Origin: a virus
Taxonomy: Duplodnaviria; Caudoviricetes
IMG/VR virus record: IMGVR_UViG_3300037756_000059
Location: 1 to 52,795 of that record
Length of the DNA: 52,795 nt
Reading direction: 5' to 3' (one strand)
In this document: piece by piece, positions 15,954 through 23,751 of the stretch
How positions within the stretch are numbered: the stretch's first letter is position 1
How the letters are laid out: every line of letters begins with the position of its first letter
Made by a program: the position numbers and the translations under genes
Notes under the pieces: model-generated
What the model was told of the DNA's origin: nothing
Seen by the model: only the letters and a program-made list of their open reading frames with translations
Databases searched by the model: none

Positions 15954-15987
15954 CGCCAAGCAAGATCACTACAACGAATGGAGCACC

Positions 15988-16227
15988 ATGGCGAAGGCCA
16001 CCATCCCCGAGCCGCAGCCGGTTACGCTGCTGCTCTCGCGCGAAGAGGCCGAGGATCTGCGCGGCCTGCTGTTCGGCCACGTGGGCATGAACAGCGCCTC
16101 CGCAAGGCTGACGGCCATATCCGACGCCCTGGGGTTCATCGGCGTTCAGCCGACGAAGTTCATCGTCAGCGACGACCGAGGGCTCGGAGGCAACGTAATC
16201 ATCCTGCAACGAATGGAGACCGCATGA
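15988..16227 (+). CDS. Hypothetical protein
   Basis: GGAG SD, MAKATIPEP. Confidence 0.7.
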   Translation: MAKATIPEPQPVTLLLSREEAEDLRGLLFGHVGMNSASARLTAISDALGFIGVQPTKFIVSDDRGLGGNVIILQRMETA

Positions 16228-16460
16228 GCAGCAAGCACCACAGCAAGCACGAACGCGGCAAGTCCAACTACCCCAAGCGCCTGTCCGCGCGCGGCCTGAG
16301 CCGCGCGCCCAAGATGCCCGACCTGGACACGCTGCGCGCTCGGCGCAACGCCGAGTCGTTCCCGGCAGCCCTGGACGAGCACCTGCGACACGTCGCAGCC
16401 GTCCAGACGCGGCAGCCGCTGTACTACGGACGCCGGCCCTACGACATCTCGGCCCCCTGA
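16224..16460 (+). CDS. Hypothetical basic protein
   Basis: ATGA coupling; MSSKHHSKHERG. Confidence 0.7.
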   Translation: MSSKHHSKHERGKSNYPKRLSARGLSRAPKMPDLDTLRARRNAESFPAALDEHLRHVAAVQTRQPLYYGRRPYDISAP

Positions 16461-16474
16461 GAGGAGAAACGATC

Positions 16475-16645
16475 ATGCCAGGACCACTAAGCGGTCTCAA
16501 CTACCCCGGCGCGCACGCCAAGGCCAAGTGCCAGCAGCGCCACGAATGCAAGGGCCCCGGATGCCGAGTACGCAGCGGCAAGACCGAGGCCAAGCGCCGC
16601 CAGCGGCGCATCCGCGACACAAAGGTGAGGTTCGACAATGTCTAG
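16475..16645 (+). CDS. Hypothetical basic Cys-containing protein (not in ORF track)
   Basis: GAGGAGAAACGATCATG start; MPGPLSGLNYPG, 56 aa. Confidence 0.65.
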   Translation: MPGPLSGLNYPGAHAKAKCQQRHECKGPGCRVRSGKTEAKRRQRRIRDTKVRFDNV

Positions 16646-16763
16646 CCCCACCCGCGAAGTCATCGCCGCGCAGAACGGCGACTACGACGACCCCGAAGAG
16701 TACGAAGCCGGCATGGCGCAGCTCGAGGCCGAGCGGCGCCGCTACTGGGAGGAGCACGCCTGA
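16638..16763 (+). CDS. Hypothetical acidic peptide (not in ORF track)
   Basis: MSSPTREVIAAQNGDYDDPEEY..., 41 aa, GAGG SD. Confidence 0.55.
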   Translation: MSSPTREVIAAQNGDYDDPEEYEAGMAQLEAERRRYWEEHA

Positions 16764-16921
16764 TGCTACAACTCGCCTACGTCTGTTTCGCGAGCCTGGT
16801 GGTCGGCCTCATGGCAGGCGAGGCCGGCCCCGCTGGGGCCGTCCTCGGCCTGCTGCTCGCACTCGCGCTCGGCGCAATCCTGCGCTGGGCCACCGCCGAC
16901 ATCGAGGAGAACCGAAAGTGA
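16763..16921 (+). CDS. Small membrane protein (not in ORF track)
   Basis: TGATG coupling, GGAGG SD, two hydrophobic segments, 52 aa. Confidence 0.6.
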   Translation: MLQLAYVCFASLVVGLMAGEAGPAGAVLGLLLALALGAILRWATADIEENRK

Positions 16922-17211
16922 AGAGCCTGGAGATCGAACTGAGCGACCTCGCCGAGCGCGTGGCTCGCGAGAACTACGAGACGAACCGCCAGCGCGTCCC
17001 CGGCGAAACGTCCTGGGACGACCTCAACGTCTCGACGCGGCGACTCTTCGCCCGCGCAGTCAAGAACAAGATCGTCTTGGCGGCGCCGGACATCGTCAAC
17101 GCGACGCTGCTGTGGGCGGCCAACGAAGCCGATGGGCGCGACCCGTTCTTCGCCATGAGGCTTCGCCGGGCAGCGTTTCGGGTGAGCACGAGGGGGGAGG
17201 TCCTGCCCTGA
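16918..17211 (+). CDS. Hypothetical protein
   Basis: GTGA coupling, GAGGAG SD. Confidence 0.7.
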   Translation: MKSLEIELSDLAERVARENYETNRQRVPGETSWDDLNVSTRRLFARAVKNKIVLAAPDIVNATLLWAANEADGRDPFFAMRLRRAAFRVSTRGEVLP

Positions 17212-17471
17212 TGGACCTCGAAATCGACATCACCGAGGCCGTAGACGCGGCCGCCAAGCAGGTCTACGAGTCCTACGGCACGATGAAGTTCGACGATCTT
17301 GACGCGGTCACGCAGCTCCACGCTCGGGAGCTGGTGCTCCCGAGCATCGCTGCGGCCACGCCCAAGATCATCGCCAGCACGCTGGCATCGCTGCGACTGC
17401 TGCCCCCCTTCCAGCATGGCGGCGCCCAGCAGTTCTTGTCCGACGCCCTCGCGCAACTGGAGGGCTCATGA
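17211..17471 (+). CDS. Hypothetical protein
   Basis: TGATG coupling, GGAGG SD. Confidence 0.7.
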   Translation: MDLEIDITEAVDAAAKQVYESYGTMKFDDLDAVTQLHARELVLPSIAAATPKIIASTLASLRLLPPFQHGGAQQFLSDALAQLEGS

Positions 17472-18037
17472 CGCACTGGGAGCTGGCCGCGCGGCCGGGC
17501 AAGCGTCGCCATCCGCGCGGCACCGCCCGGCCGATTGGCGGCTACGACGTGCACCCGATCTACCGCAGCATCGCCGCCAACATGATGCGGACCGGCACCC
17601 ATCCGCCGGTCAGCGAGGAGCGCACGCCGTGCTACGACTCCGGCGACTTCCGCACGCTGGAGCGCGAAGTCGAATGGCTGCGCGAGCACAGCGTCACGCG
17701 TGGTCGAGACCTGGAGTACGTGAAGGCGGCTGCGCGCGAGTTCTGCGCCGGCTGCCCGCTGATTCAGGAGTGCCGGGAGTGGGCGCGCAGCGACGGTGGA
17801 TACGTGGGCGTGGCCGGCGGCGAGGTGTTCCTCCTGGCCGAGAGGCTACATTCTCGTGCGCGGGAGGCCGAGCGCGTGCGACCGCCTCGCACGCCCAAGG
17901 AGCGGCGGCGCAGCCGGGAACGGGAGGCTCGCCGCATGCAGGACCCCGCGCTCGCCGAGCGGCGGCGCATCCTCAAGCTGGAGTCCGCCAAGCGGCGACG
18001 TCGCGAGAAGCGGGAGGCGCAGGAGCGTGAGCAGTGA
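17468..18037 (+). CDS. whiB: WhiB-family transcription factor
   Basis: PC...AAREFCAGCPLIQECREWA...GVAGG matches the C-xn-C-x2-C-x5-C pattern plus a GV(W)GG-like turn. Confidence 0.8.
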   Translation: MTHWELAARPGKRRHPRGTARPIGGYDVHPIYRSIAANMMRTGTHPPVSEERTPCYDSGDFRTLEREVEWLREHSVTRGRDLEYVKAAAREFCAGCPLIQECREWARSDGGYVGVAGGEVFLLAERLHSRAREAERVRPPRTPKERRRSREREARRMQDPALAERRRILKLESAKRRRREKREAQEREQ

Positions 18038-18272
18038 CGTGTTCTACGACCCCCTGTTCGAGGAGCGCTGGCACCGGCAGCACCCTGCACTCGACTGCCC
18101 GCACCTCACGCTGGAGTGCACCCACGGTCACGAGCGCGTGACGTGGGCGCCACCGCACGACTGCACCGAGCAAGATCACCAGTGCTGGATGTGCGGGGCA
18201 GAGGGCGTCACAGTGGCTCTCGCGGCGGACGAGCGCCACTGCTGGGGCGGATCTACGTGCCCCAACCAATGA
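18027..18272 (+). CDS. Hypothetical Cys-rich protein
   Basis: GTG after AGGAG; C..GH and CWMCG motifs. Confidence 0.6.
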   Translation: MSSDVFYDPLFEERWHRQHPALDCPHLTLECTHGHERVTWAPPHDCTEQDHQCWMCGAEGVTVALAADERHCWGGSTCPNQ

Positions 18273-18675
18273 ACAGCACGAGCACCACGAGGACGACGAT
18301 GGCCAGCGCCACGCGATTCGCCGAGCGGTTGAACGCCACGCGCTGCGCCGTCGCCGCCTTGACTTCCCGAACGAGACGCTCCCGCATCGCAGCGCCGGCC
18401 AGCTCACACCAGTGGCAGGCGCGCTCGGTCGCAGCGTCGTCGGGCCCGGTCTCCCCGAGGTTGTAGCGCCAGCCGCACACCTTGCACTTGTAGTCGCCAG
18501 TGCCGACGCCCTGCAGGATGCTCTGCTGCATGGCCGACACGTACCCTGGTGGCCATCGCCGGACGGTACGCTCGGGGTAGGCCCGAGCGTACTTGTCCCA
18601 GTCGAAGTCCGCTGGCCGGGCGGAGCCCGGCAGGCGCGTCGCCTGCATGTAGGCTAGGATCTCGTCCGGCGTCAC
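18253..18675 (-). CDS. Hypothetical protein with Zn-ribbon-like motif and C-terminal TM helix
   Basis: CKVC...CHWC; hydrophobic C-terminus; GTGA coupling to upstream gene. Confidence 0.65.
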   Translation of the reverse strand: MTPDEILAYMQATRLPGSARPADFDWDKYARAYPERTVRRWPPGYVSAMQQSILQGVGTGDYKCKVCGWRYNLGETGPDDAATERACHWCELAGAAMRERLVREVKAATAQRVAFNRSANRVALAIVVLVVLVLFIGWGT

Positions 18676-19286
18676 GCTGTCGCGCCACCCTCGTTCTCCC
18701 AGCGCGAGAGGAAGCTCTCCGCCTGGTAGAAGCCCTCGTCAACCTGGTTCTCGTTGCCCACGAGGCCGAGCACGCGGTAGTCGTCGTCGGGGTAGCTGGG
18801 CACCTCGATGACCTCGGCGGGCTCGCCGTCGATGTCGGCGACCTTGTCGCCGACCTTGAACTGGGGTTGCCAGGCGGGTGTGACGGTATCGGCATAGTCC
18901 GGCGGGTCGACCACCATTGATACCAGCATGTCGGCGATGCCCTGCGGGTCCATGCCGAAGTACCGGCCGGACTCGATGCCGTCGACCAGGTCGGCGATGC
19001 GGGCGAGGAGGCGTTCGTGGACGTCGGAGAGACCCTCGTTGGGTACTGCGACACTGCCGGCGGCGGCCAGCGCGTCCTCGAAACCGCGCCGCGCAATCGT
19101 GGCGTCCTGCGTCAGGACCCGAGAGATCAGCGGGGGCAGGTGTGCGGCGGCGTTGGCGAACGCCTGGGCGTACTCGGGCGACTCGACGTCCCGCTCCAGG
19201 GATGCGACGATCGCCAACTCCCAGGCCTGCTGCGCCGTTACGGCGTCGTAGAGTGCCGGGCGGACGGCGATGGTGGATTCTGGCAT
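18672..19286 (-). CDS. Hypothetical acidic protein (possible SH3-like C-terminus)
   Basis: AAGGAGGGAAACGATCATCATG start; FKVGDKV motif. Confidence 0.75.
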   Translation of the reverse strand: MPESTIAVRPALYDAVTAQQAWELAIVASLERDVESPEYAQAFANAAAHLPPLISRVLTQDATIARRGFEDALAAAGSVAVPNEGLSDVHERLLARIADLVDGIESGRYFGMDPQGIADMLVSMVVDPPDYADTVTPAWQPQFKVGDKVADIDGEPAEVIEVPSYPDDDYRVLGLVGNENQVDEGFYQAESFLSRWENEGGATA

Positions 19287-19524
19287 GATGATCGTTTCCC
19301 TCCTTGAGTGCATTGCTGCCCTGAGTCTACGACCCGCCCCGGAAGGGGGGCGGGGGCGACACGCCGAAGCCGGTGAAACGATCTTGCCTCGCGCGTGCAA
19401 TGCTCTTAGCACTTAGCTGGCCCCCCTTTAGGGGGGGCCAGCGCTTTGAGTTCTTAGAGGCTTAGACGCTAAGAGGCCGCGACACGCCGTTCAACGCTGC
19501 ACCGTGTCGCCGTTCGGCGATCCG

Positions 19525-19533
19525 TGTTACATT
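19525..19533 (+). promoter_or_regulatory. Candidate extended -10 promoter for the replication arm
   Basis: TG-T-TACATT about 25 nt upstream of the next start codon. Confidence 0.45.
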
Positions 19534-19558
19534 GAGCCCACGACCGCAAGGAGGAGCA

Positions 19559-19822
19559 ATGATCAACGTACGCATCCGCCACGAGCTGGAGGCCGACGCG
19601 CTGCCGCTCGGCCAGATGCCGTTCGACCCGCTGATGACGCGAGCCGGCGAAGTGATCCTGGAGGCCGTGCTGCGCTGGGGCATCTACCTCGGCCCAGAAT
19701 ACGAGACCGTCGATGGCGGCATCAACGACGCGCACCGGCTTTCCGGCCAGTTCGTCGTCGACACCGAGGCCGGCGAGGCCTACTTCGAGATCATCGTTCA
19801 CGACTCGGAGGGCGACGCATGA
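19559..19822 (+). CDS. Hypothetical protein
   Basis: AAGGAGGAG SD. Confidence 0.75.
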   Translation: MINVRIRHELEADALPLGQMPFDPLMTRAGEVILEAVLRWGIYLGPEYETVDGGINDAHRLSGQFVVDTEAGEAYFEIIVHDSEGDA

Positions 19823-20100
19823 TGTTCGACGGACTCATCGAGCGCGCATCGCGCTACGACGCGGCGCACGAGGAGGGCTCCGACCTGTGGGCCACGACGC
19901 GCTACGAGACGAACGAGGCCGGCGAGCGAGTGCGCTACCGCAACTGGCGCATCTTCCACGGCCTGTCGTTCACGCACTGGGGCATCGGCGGCGACCTGGA
20001 GTTTCAGCGGGAGACCCCCCTCTGGCCCGGCTGGGTCATCGTGGGCCTGCACCTGGGGCCGTGGGGCGTCGCCGTCCAGTACGAGAAGGGCAAGCTGTGA
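19819..20100 (+). CDS. Hypothetical protein
   Basis: ATGA coupling, GGAGG SD. Confidence 0.7.
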   Translation: MMFDGLIERASRYDAAHEEGSDLWATTRYETNEAGERVRYRNWRIFHGLSFTHWGIGGDLEFQRETPLWPGWVIVGLHLGPWGVAVQYEKGKL

Positions 20101-20258
20101 TGCTGACCGAAGAGGAACTGCAAGCCAGCCGCAACATCATCCACCACGAGGACGCCGGCTGTGACATCGTGGACCTGCCCTACGACCCCGACCTGGGCGA
20201 CAACCAGTGGCAGTGCAAGACGCACGACCGATTCGTGGAGGTGCCGGGGTGGCTGTGA
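20100..20258 (+). CDS. Hypothetical protein
   Basis: TGATG coupling; ends FVEVPGWL. Confidence 0.65.
   Translation: MLTEEELQASRNIIHHEDAGCDIVDLPYDPDLGDNQWQCKTHDRFVEVPGWL
20232..20258 (+). repeat. 27-bp direct repeat flanking the methyltransferase (left)
   Basis: TTCGTGGAGGTGCCGGGGTGGCTGTGA, 25/27 identical to 20903-20929. Confidence 0.85.
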
Positions 20259-20929
20259 CTCGCAGGCCGCGCATGCTGGTTCTCTTCTGCGGCGTTGGGG
20301 GCGGAAGCGAGGGGTACCATCGCGCCGGATGGGACGTCACCGGAGTGGACGTTGCGCCGCAACCGGACTATCCGTTCAGGTTCATCCAGGCCGATGCCAT
20401 GGAGGTGCTGGCCGATCGGGATTTCTTAGCTGGCTTCGACGCCAAGCACGCCAGCCCGCCGTGCCAGGCATACACGGCGCTAACGAAGGGCACCAACAGG
20501 GGGCGAACGTATCCAGAGCTGATCCCCCGAACACGGGAACTCCTTGATGCCACTGGCTCGCCCTACGTGATTGAGAACGTGGCGGGTGCGCCGCTCCGGC
20601 GCGATCTGATGCTGTGCGGCGAGATGTTCGGCCTGGGCGTCATCCGGCACCGGTACTTCGAGCTGGGAGGGTGGCGCGTGCTCCAGCCCGCACATCGGCC
20701 GCATCGTGGTCGGGTCGCGGGGTACCGACACGGCCAATGGTACGACGGGCCCTACTTCGCCGTTTACGGTGAAGGGGGGGGCAAGGGAACGGTGGCTCAG
20801 TGGCAACAGGCCATGGGAATCCACTGGACCGACAACCGCAAGAGCTTGGCGGAGGCGGTCCCGCCAGCATACATGGAGTATGTTGGCAAGCAACTACGAG
20901 AGTTCGCGGAGGTGCCGGGATGGCTGTGA
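20255..20929 (+). CDS. DNA (cytosine-5) methyltransferase, short phage type
   Basis: LFCGVGG (motif I), ASPPCQ (IV), IENV (VI), RHRYFE (VIII), EAVPP.Y (X). Confidence 0.9.
   Translation: MTRRPRMLVLFCGVGGGSEGYHRAGWDVTGVDVAPQPDYPFRFIQADAMEVLADRDFLAGFDAKHASPPCQAYTALTKGTNRGRTYPELIPRTRELLDATGSPYVIENVAGAPLRRDLMLCGEMFGLGVIRHRYFELGGWRVLQPAHRPHRGRVAGYRHGQWYDGPYFAVYGEGGGKGTVAQWQQAMGIHWTDNRKSLAEAVPPAYMEYVGKQLREFAEVPGWL
20903..20929 (+). repeat. 27-bp direct repeat flanking the methyltransferase (right)
   Basis: TTCGCGGAGGTGCCGGGATGGCTGTGA. Confidence 0.85.
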
Positions 20930-21162
20930 GTGACGCCGAGCAGGCGATGATCGCTCGCCTGCTCAACGAGCGCGACGAGGCGCGAGCCGAGGTCCAGCGA
21001 CTTCGTGACGAGCTGGCCGGGGCGCTGTTCTCGCTCCGCGCCGTCGAGCACTTGCTCGACCCGGCGACGGAGATGGCCGCGCTGCCTTACGGGCCCAGCC
21101 CGCACGCCCGCTACTTCCGCGAGAAGGACATTCGGGACGCCCTGGAGGGCACATGGCACTGA
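20926..21162 (+). CDS. Hypothetical coiled-coil protein
   Basis: GTGA coupling; ERDEARAEVQRLR. Confidence 0.65.
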   Translation: MSDAEQAMIARLLNERDEARAEVQRLRDELAGALFSLRAVEHLLDPATEMAALPYGPSPHARYFREKDIRDALEGTWH

Positions 21163-21923
21163 TCCGCGCGAACGCTGACAACATCGTCACGTCGACGCCG
21201 CGCCGACAGGCCATCAAGTCTCCGGCGCACGACGAGACCAAGCACATTTGGCAGGCGTTGGTCGACACGACCAACGACTACCTGGACAACGACCCGCGCT
21301 CGCTGCAGGTCGAGGTGGGGCCCTCCGAGATCGGGGAGCCCTGCGAGTACTGCCTGGGCGCCAAGCTGGCCGGACTGCGCCAGCGCAAGGACGGCGAGGG
21401 CTGGCTCACCTACTGGGGCTCGGTCGTGCACGACCACTACGACAAGCACGTGCTGCCGACCCGGCCACACCAGTGGAACACGTCGAGCCGCCTGTACGTC
21501 GGCGACATCGACGGCCGGCGCATCGAGGGCACCACGGACGCGGAGTACATCGAGGACCCGTTCACGGTCGTGGACCTCAAGTTCGTGGGCAAGAAAACGA
21601 TCGACATCGTGAAGTTCGACGCGATGAAGTGGATCTACGAGTGCCAGGTCAACATCTACGGGCTGGGGCACGAGCTGCTGGGTACCCCCCCGGAGTATGT
21701 GGCCGTGGCATTCCTGCCTCGCGAGGACCGACACGTCCGGCGCGGCTACTGGTGGTCCGAGCCCTACAACCCCGAGAAGGGGCGCGCCGCCCTGGCGCGC
21801 GCCGCCAACTTGGCCGAGCAGATCCGACTGTTCGGCTGGGCCCACGTGCGCGAGCACCTGGAGCAGCTCGACGGCTGCTACGATTGCAAGCGCTGGATTC
21901 AACCCGAGGAGGAGCAGCAGTGA
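21153..21923 (+). CDS. Cas4-like PD-(D/E)XK exonuclease
   Basis: GPSEIGEPC..C, G..VH, GTTD, VVDLK, Q..IYG, C-terminal CYDC. Confidence 0.85.
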   Translation: MALIRANADNIVTSTPRRQAIKSPAHDETKHIWQALVDTTNDYLDNDPRSLQVEVGPSEIGEPCEYCLGAKLAGLRQRKDGEGWLTYWGSVVHDHYDKHVLPTRPHQWNTSSRLYVGDIDGRRIEGTTDAEYIEDPFTVVDLKFVGKKTIDIVKFDAMKWIYECQVNIYGLGHELLGTPPEYVAVAFLPREDRHVRRGYWWSEPYNPEKGRAALARAANLAEQIRLFGWAHVREHLEQLDGCYDCKRWIQPEEEQQ

Positions 21924-22429
21924 CCGCAGACACCTTCGTCCACGCCGACGGCCGCCGACACAAGCCGGTGCGCAAGTTCCGCAAGATCGCCGAGCCCAAC
22001 GCCAACCTGAGCAGTGACGACCCCGCGCAGGTCATTGGCGAAGAGGCCCTCGCCGCCAAGGACGTCGTCACTGGCGACGACGTCGTGATCACGAGCGAGA
22101 TCAATGACCCCTGGGACATCTGGGGCGGCGTCCACGCCCCCGTCGTGGACATCGACGTCCCGATCTACGTCATCCCAAGCAACGGCGGGCACAAGTACGC
22201 GCTGTACATCGACCACCCCGTGGACGCCGACGCCTGGTTCGACGTGCTCGACGCCATGGCCAAGGCCGGCATCGTGGAGGCGGGCTACGCCGAGGTCAGC
22301 CGCAAGCGCGGCTACTCCGCCGTGCGGCCGCCGTGGGTCAACAAGCCGCACAAGAACGGCGTCGAGGCGCCGGAGCCCGAGCCTGTCGCCGCGCCATGGC
22401 TTGCCGACGCGCCTGGGCAGCCATTCTGA
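21920..22429 (+). CDS. Conserved hypothetical phage protein
   Basis: GTGA coupling; HAPVVDID...LYID...AGIVEAGY. Confidence 0.75.
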   Translation: MTADTFVHADGRRHKPVRKFRKIAEPNANLSSDDPAQVIGEEALAAKDVVTGDDVVITSEINDPWDIWGGVHAPVVDIDVPIYVIPSNGGHKYALYIDHPVDADAWFDVLDAMAKAGIVEAGYAEVSRKRGYSAVRPPWVNKPHKNGVEAPEPEPVAAPWLADAPGQPF

Positions 22430-22719
22430 TGTCGCGACACACCGGGAAACCCAAGGACTGGGCGTGGCTCCAGACCCTGGTGTACTCTAGGCGCATGACC
22501 AACAGAGTGCGCCGGGGCCTGACCGGCAACGTGGCGGGCCAGGTCCGCGAGATCCTGGGCCTGCCGCAGCGCACGGGGCAACCGATGCCCATGCTGCCCA
22601 TGCGCCGGGCGGCGCTGTACCAGCGCCAGACCGGCAGCACTGCGCTCACGCCGCGACAGCGGCGTCGGGCCGACCACAAGGAGAACCACCTCATCAGGAA
22701 GGCCGCACAGAATGGGTGA
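22429..22719 (+). CDS. Hypothetical basic protein
   Basis: TGATG coupling; LTPRQRRRADHK. Confidence 0.7.
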   Translation: MSRHTGKPKDWAWLQTLVYSRRMTNRVRRGLTGNVAGQVREILGLPQRTGQPMPMLPMRRAALYQRQTGSTALTPRQRRRADHKENHLIRKAAQNG

Positions 22720-23173
22720 CTACCCAGCAGTCGAAACGATCATCCCCTACGGCTCGGGCTATGACAAGCCGCGCGCCGTGTTCCGGGGACCCAACGCCGA
22801 CGTCAAGGCGAACGTCGCCGAGTACTTCGGCATCGAGGCCGACGCCACGCTCGTGAGCACGGTCATCAAGGCGGCGCTCACCGCGCACGACCTGGTCGCT
22901 CAGCACCTGCAGGGTCCGACGAAGGCCACGCCAGTGCAGGAGCCGCCGGCCGAGCCCGCAGCGCCCGCCGAGGACAAGCCGAAGCGTTCCGGCGCCGGCC
23001 GCAAGTCGGCCGCCTTCAAGACCATCGAAGGCAACATCGCCGAGGCCAAGGACCTCGAAGCGCTGCGCAACGTCTGGCGCAACGAGTCGCCGACCCAGAC
23101 CTGGCAGGACAACAAGGCCCACTTCGAGGGCCTCGTCAACGACGTACGCACCAAGATCGAGGGAGGCAAGTAA
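22712..23173 (+). CDS. Hypothetical protein
   Basis: 153 aa, operon packing. Confidence 0.75.
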   Translation: MGDYPAVETIIPYGSGYDKPRAVFRGPNADVKANVAEYFGIEADATLVSTVIKAALTAHDLVAQHLQGPTKATPVQEPPAEPAAPAEDKPKRSGAGRKSAAFKTIEGNIAEAKDLEALRNVWRNESPTQTWQDNKAHFEGLVNDVRTKIEGGK

Positions 23174-23176
23174 CAC

Positions 23177-23620
23177 ATGGCGTTCAAGCGAGCCAGCAAG
23201 GAGGACCGGCCCCAGCCGGTCGCCGGGAGCGAGGGCGACTACTTCGACCTGGCCCGGTTCAAGGACCAGATCATGGGCTTCGAGGTCCTGCTGTTCGACG
23301 CGGAGTACGAGAACCGCTTCGACGAGACCAAGCCGGCGGTCAAGGCCAACGTCACCATCGTGACCGGCCCCAACCGGGGCTCGGTGTACGAGGGCGAGTG
23401 GATCGAGCACCAGGTCATCGTGGCCACGCTCAAGAACTTCGTCGGCGACACCTACGTGGGCCGCGTCGTCAAGGGCAAGAAGGCCTACTTCATCAACGAG
23501 CTGGAGGACGCGGAGTACGACGACGCGGAGGCCGTGATCCTCGGCGTCGAGGCGCAGCCCACGGAGACCGACGTCGCTGCGGCCATCGCGTCGGCACCGG
23601 ACAGCGAGCCGCCGTTCTGA
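23177..23620 (+). CDS. Probable single-stranded DNA-binding protein
   Basis: Beta-rich core, acidic tail ending DSEPPF, replication context. Confidence 0.6.
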   Translation: MAFKRASKEDRPQPVAGSEGDYFDLARFKDQIMGFEVLLFDAEYENRFDETKPAVKANVTIVTGPNRGSVYEGEWIEHQVIVATLKNFVGDTYVGRVVKGKKAYFINELEDAEYDDAEAVILGVEAQPTETDVAAAIASAPDSEPPF

Positions 23621-23751
23621 TGCTCACCCTCGATACCTGGATCGCCCAGATCAGGCAACACCGCACCTGGGCCGAGTCAGAGATCGTGGCCGAGTGGCGG
23701 TGGGCCTTCGGGCCCACCGCCCAAGCACCAGAGTGGAGCGCCGACGAATGA
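23620..23751 (+). CDS. Hypothetical peptide
   Basis: TGATG and ATGA coupling on both sides. Confidence 0.5.
   Translation: MLTLDTWIAQIRQHRTWAESEIVAEWRWAFGPTAQAPEWSADE

Noticed and set aside
21153-21923. Cas4 as evidence of CRISPR-Cas
   Set aside because: Stand-alone Cas4-like nucleases are common in phage replication modules; no cas1/cas2 or array
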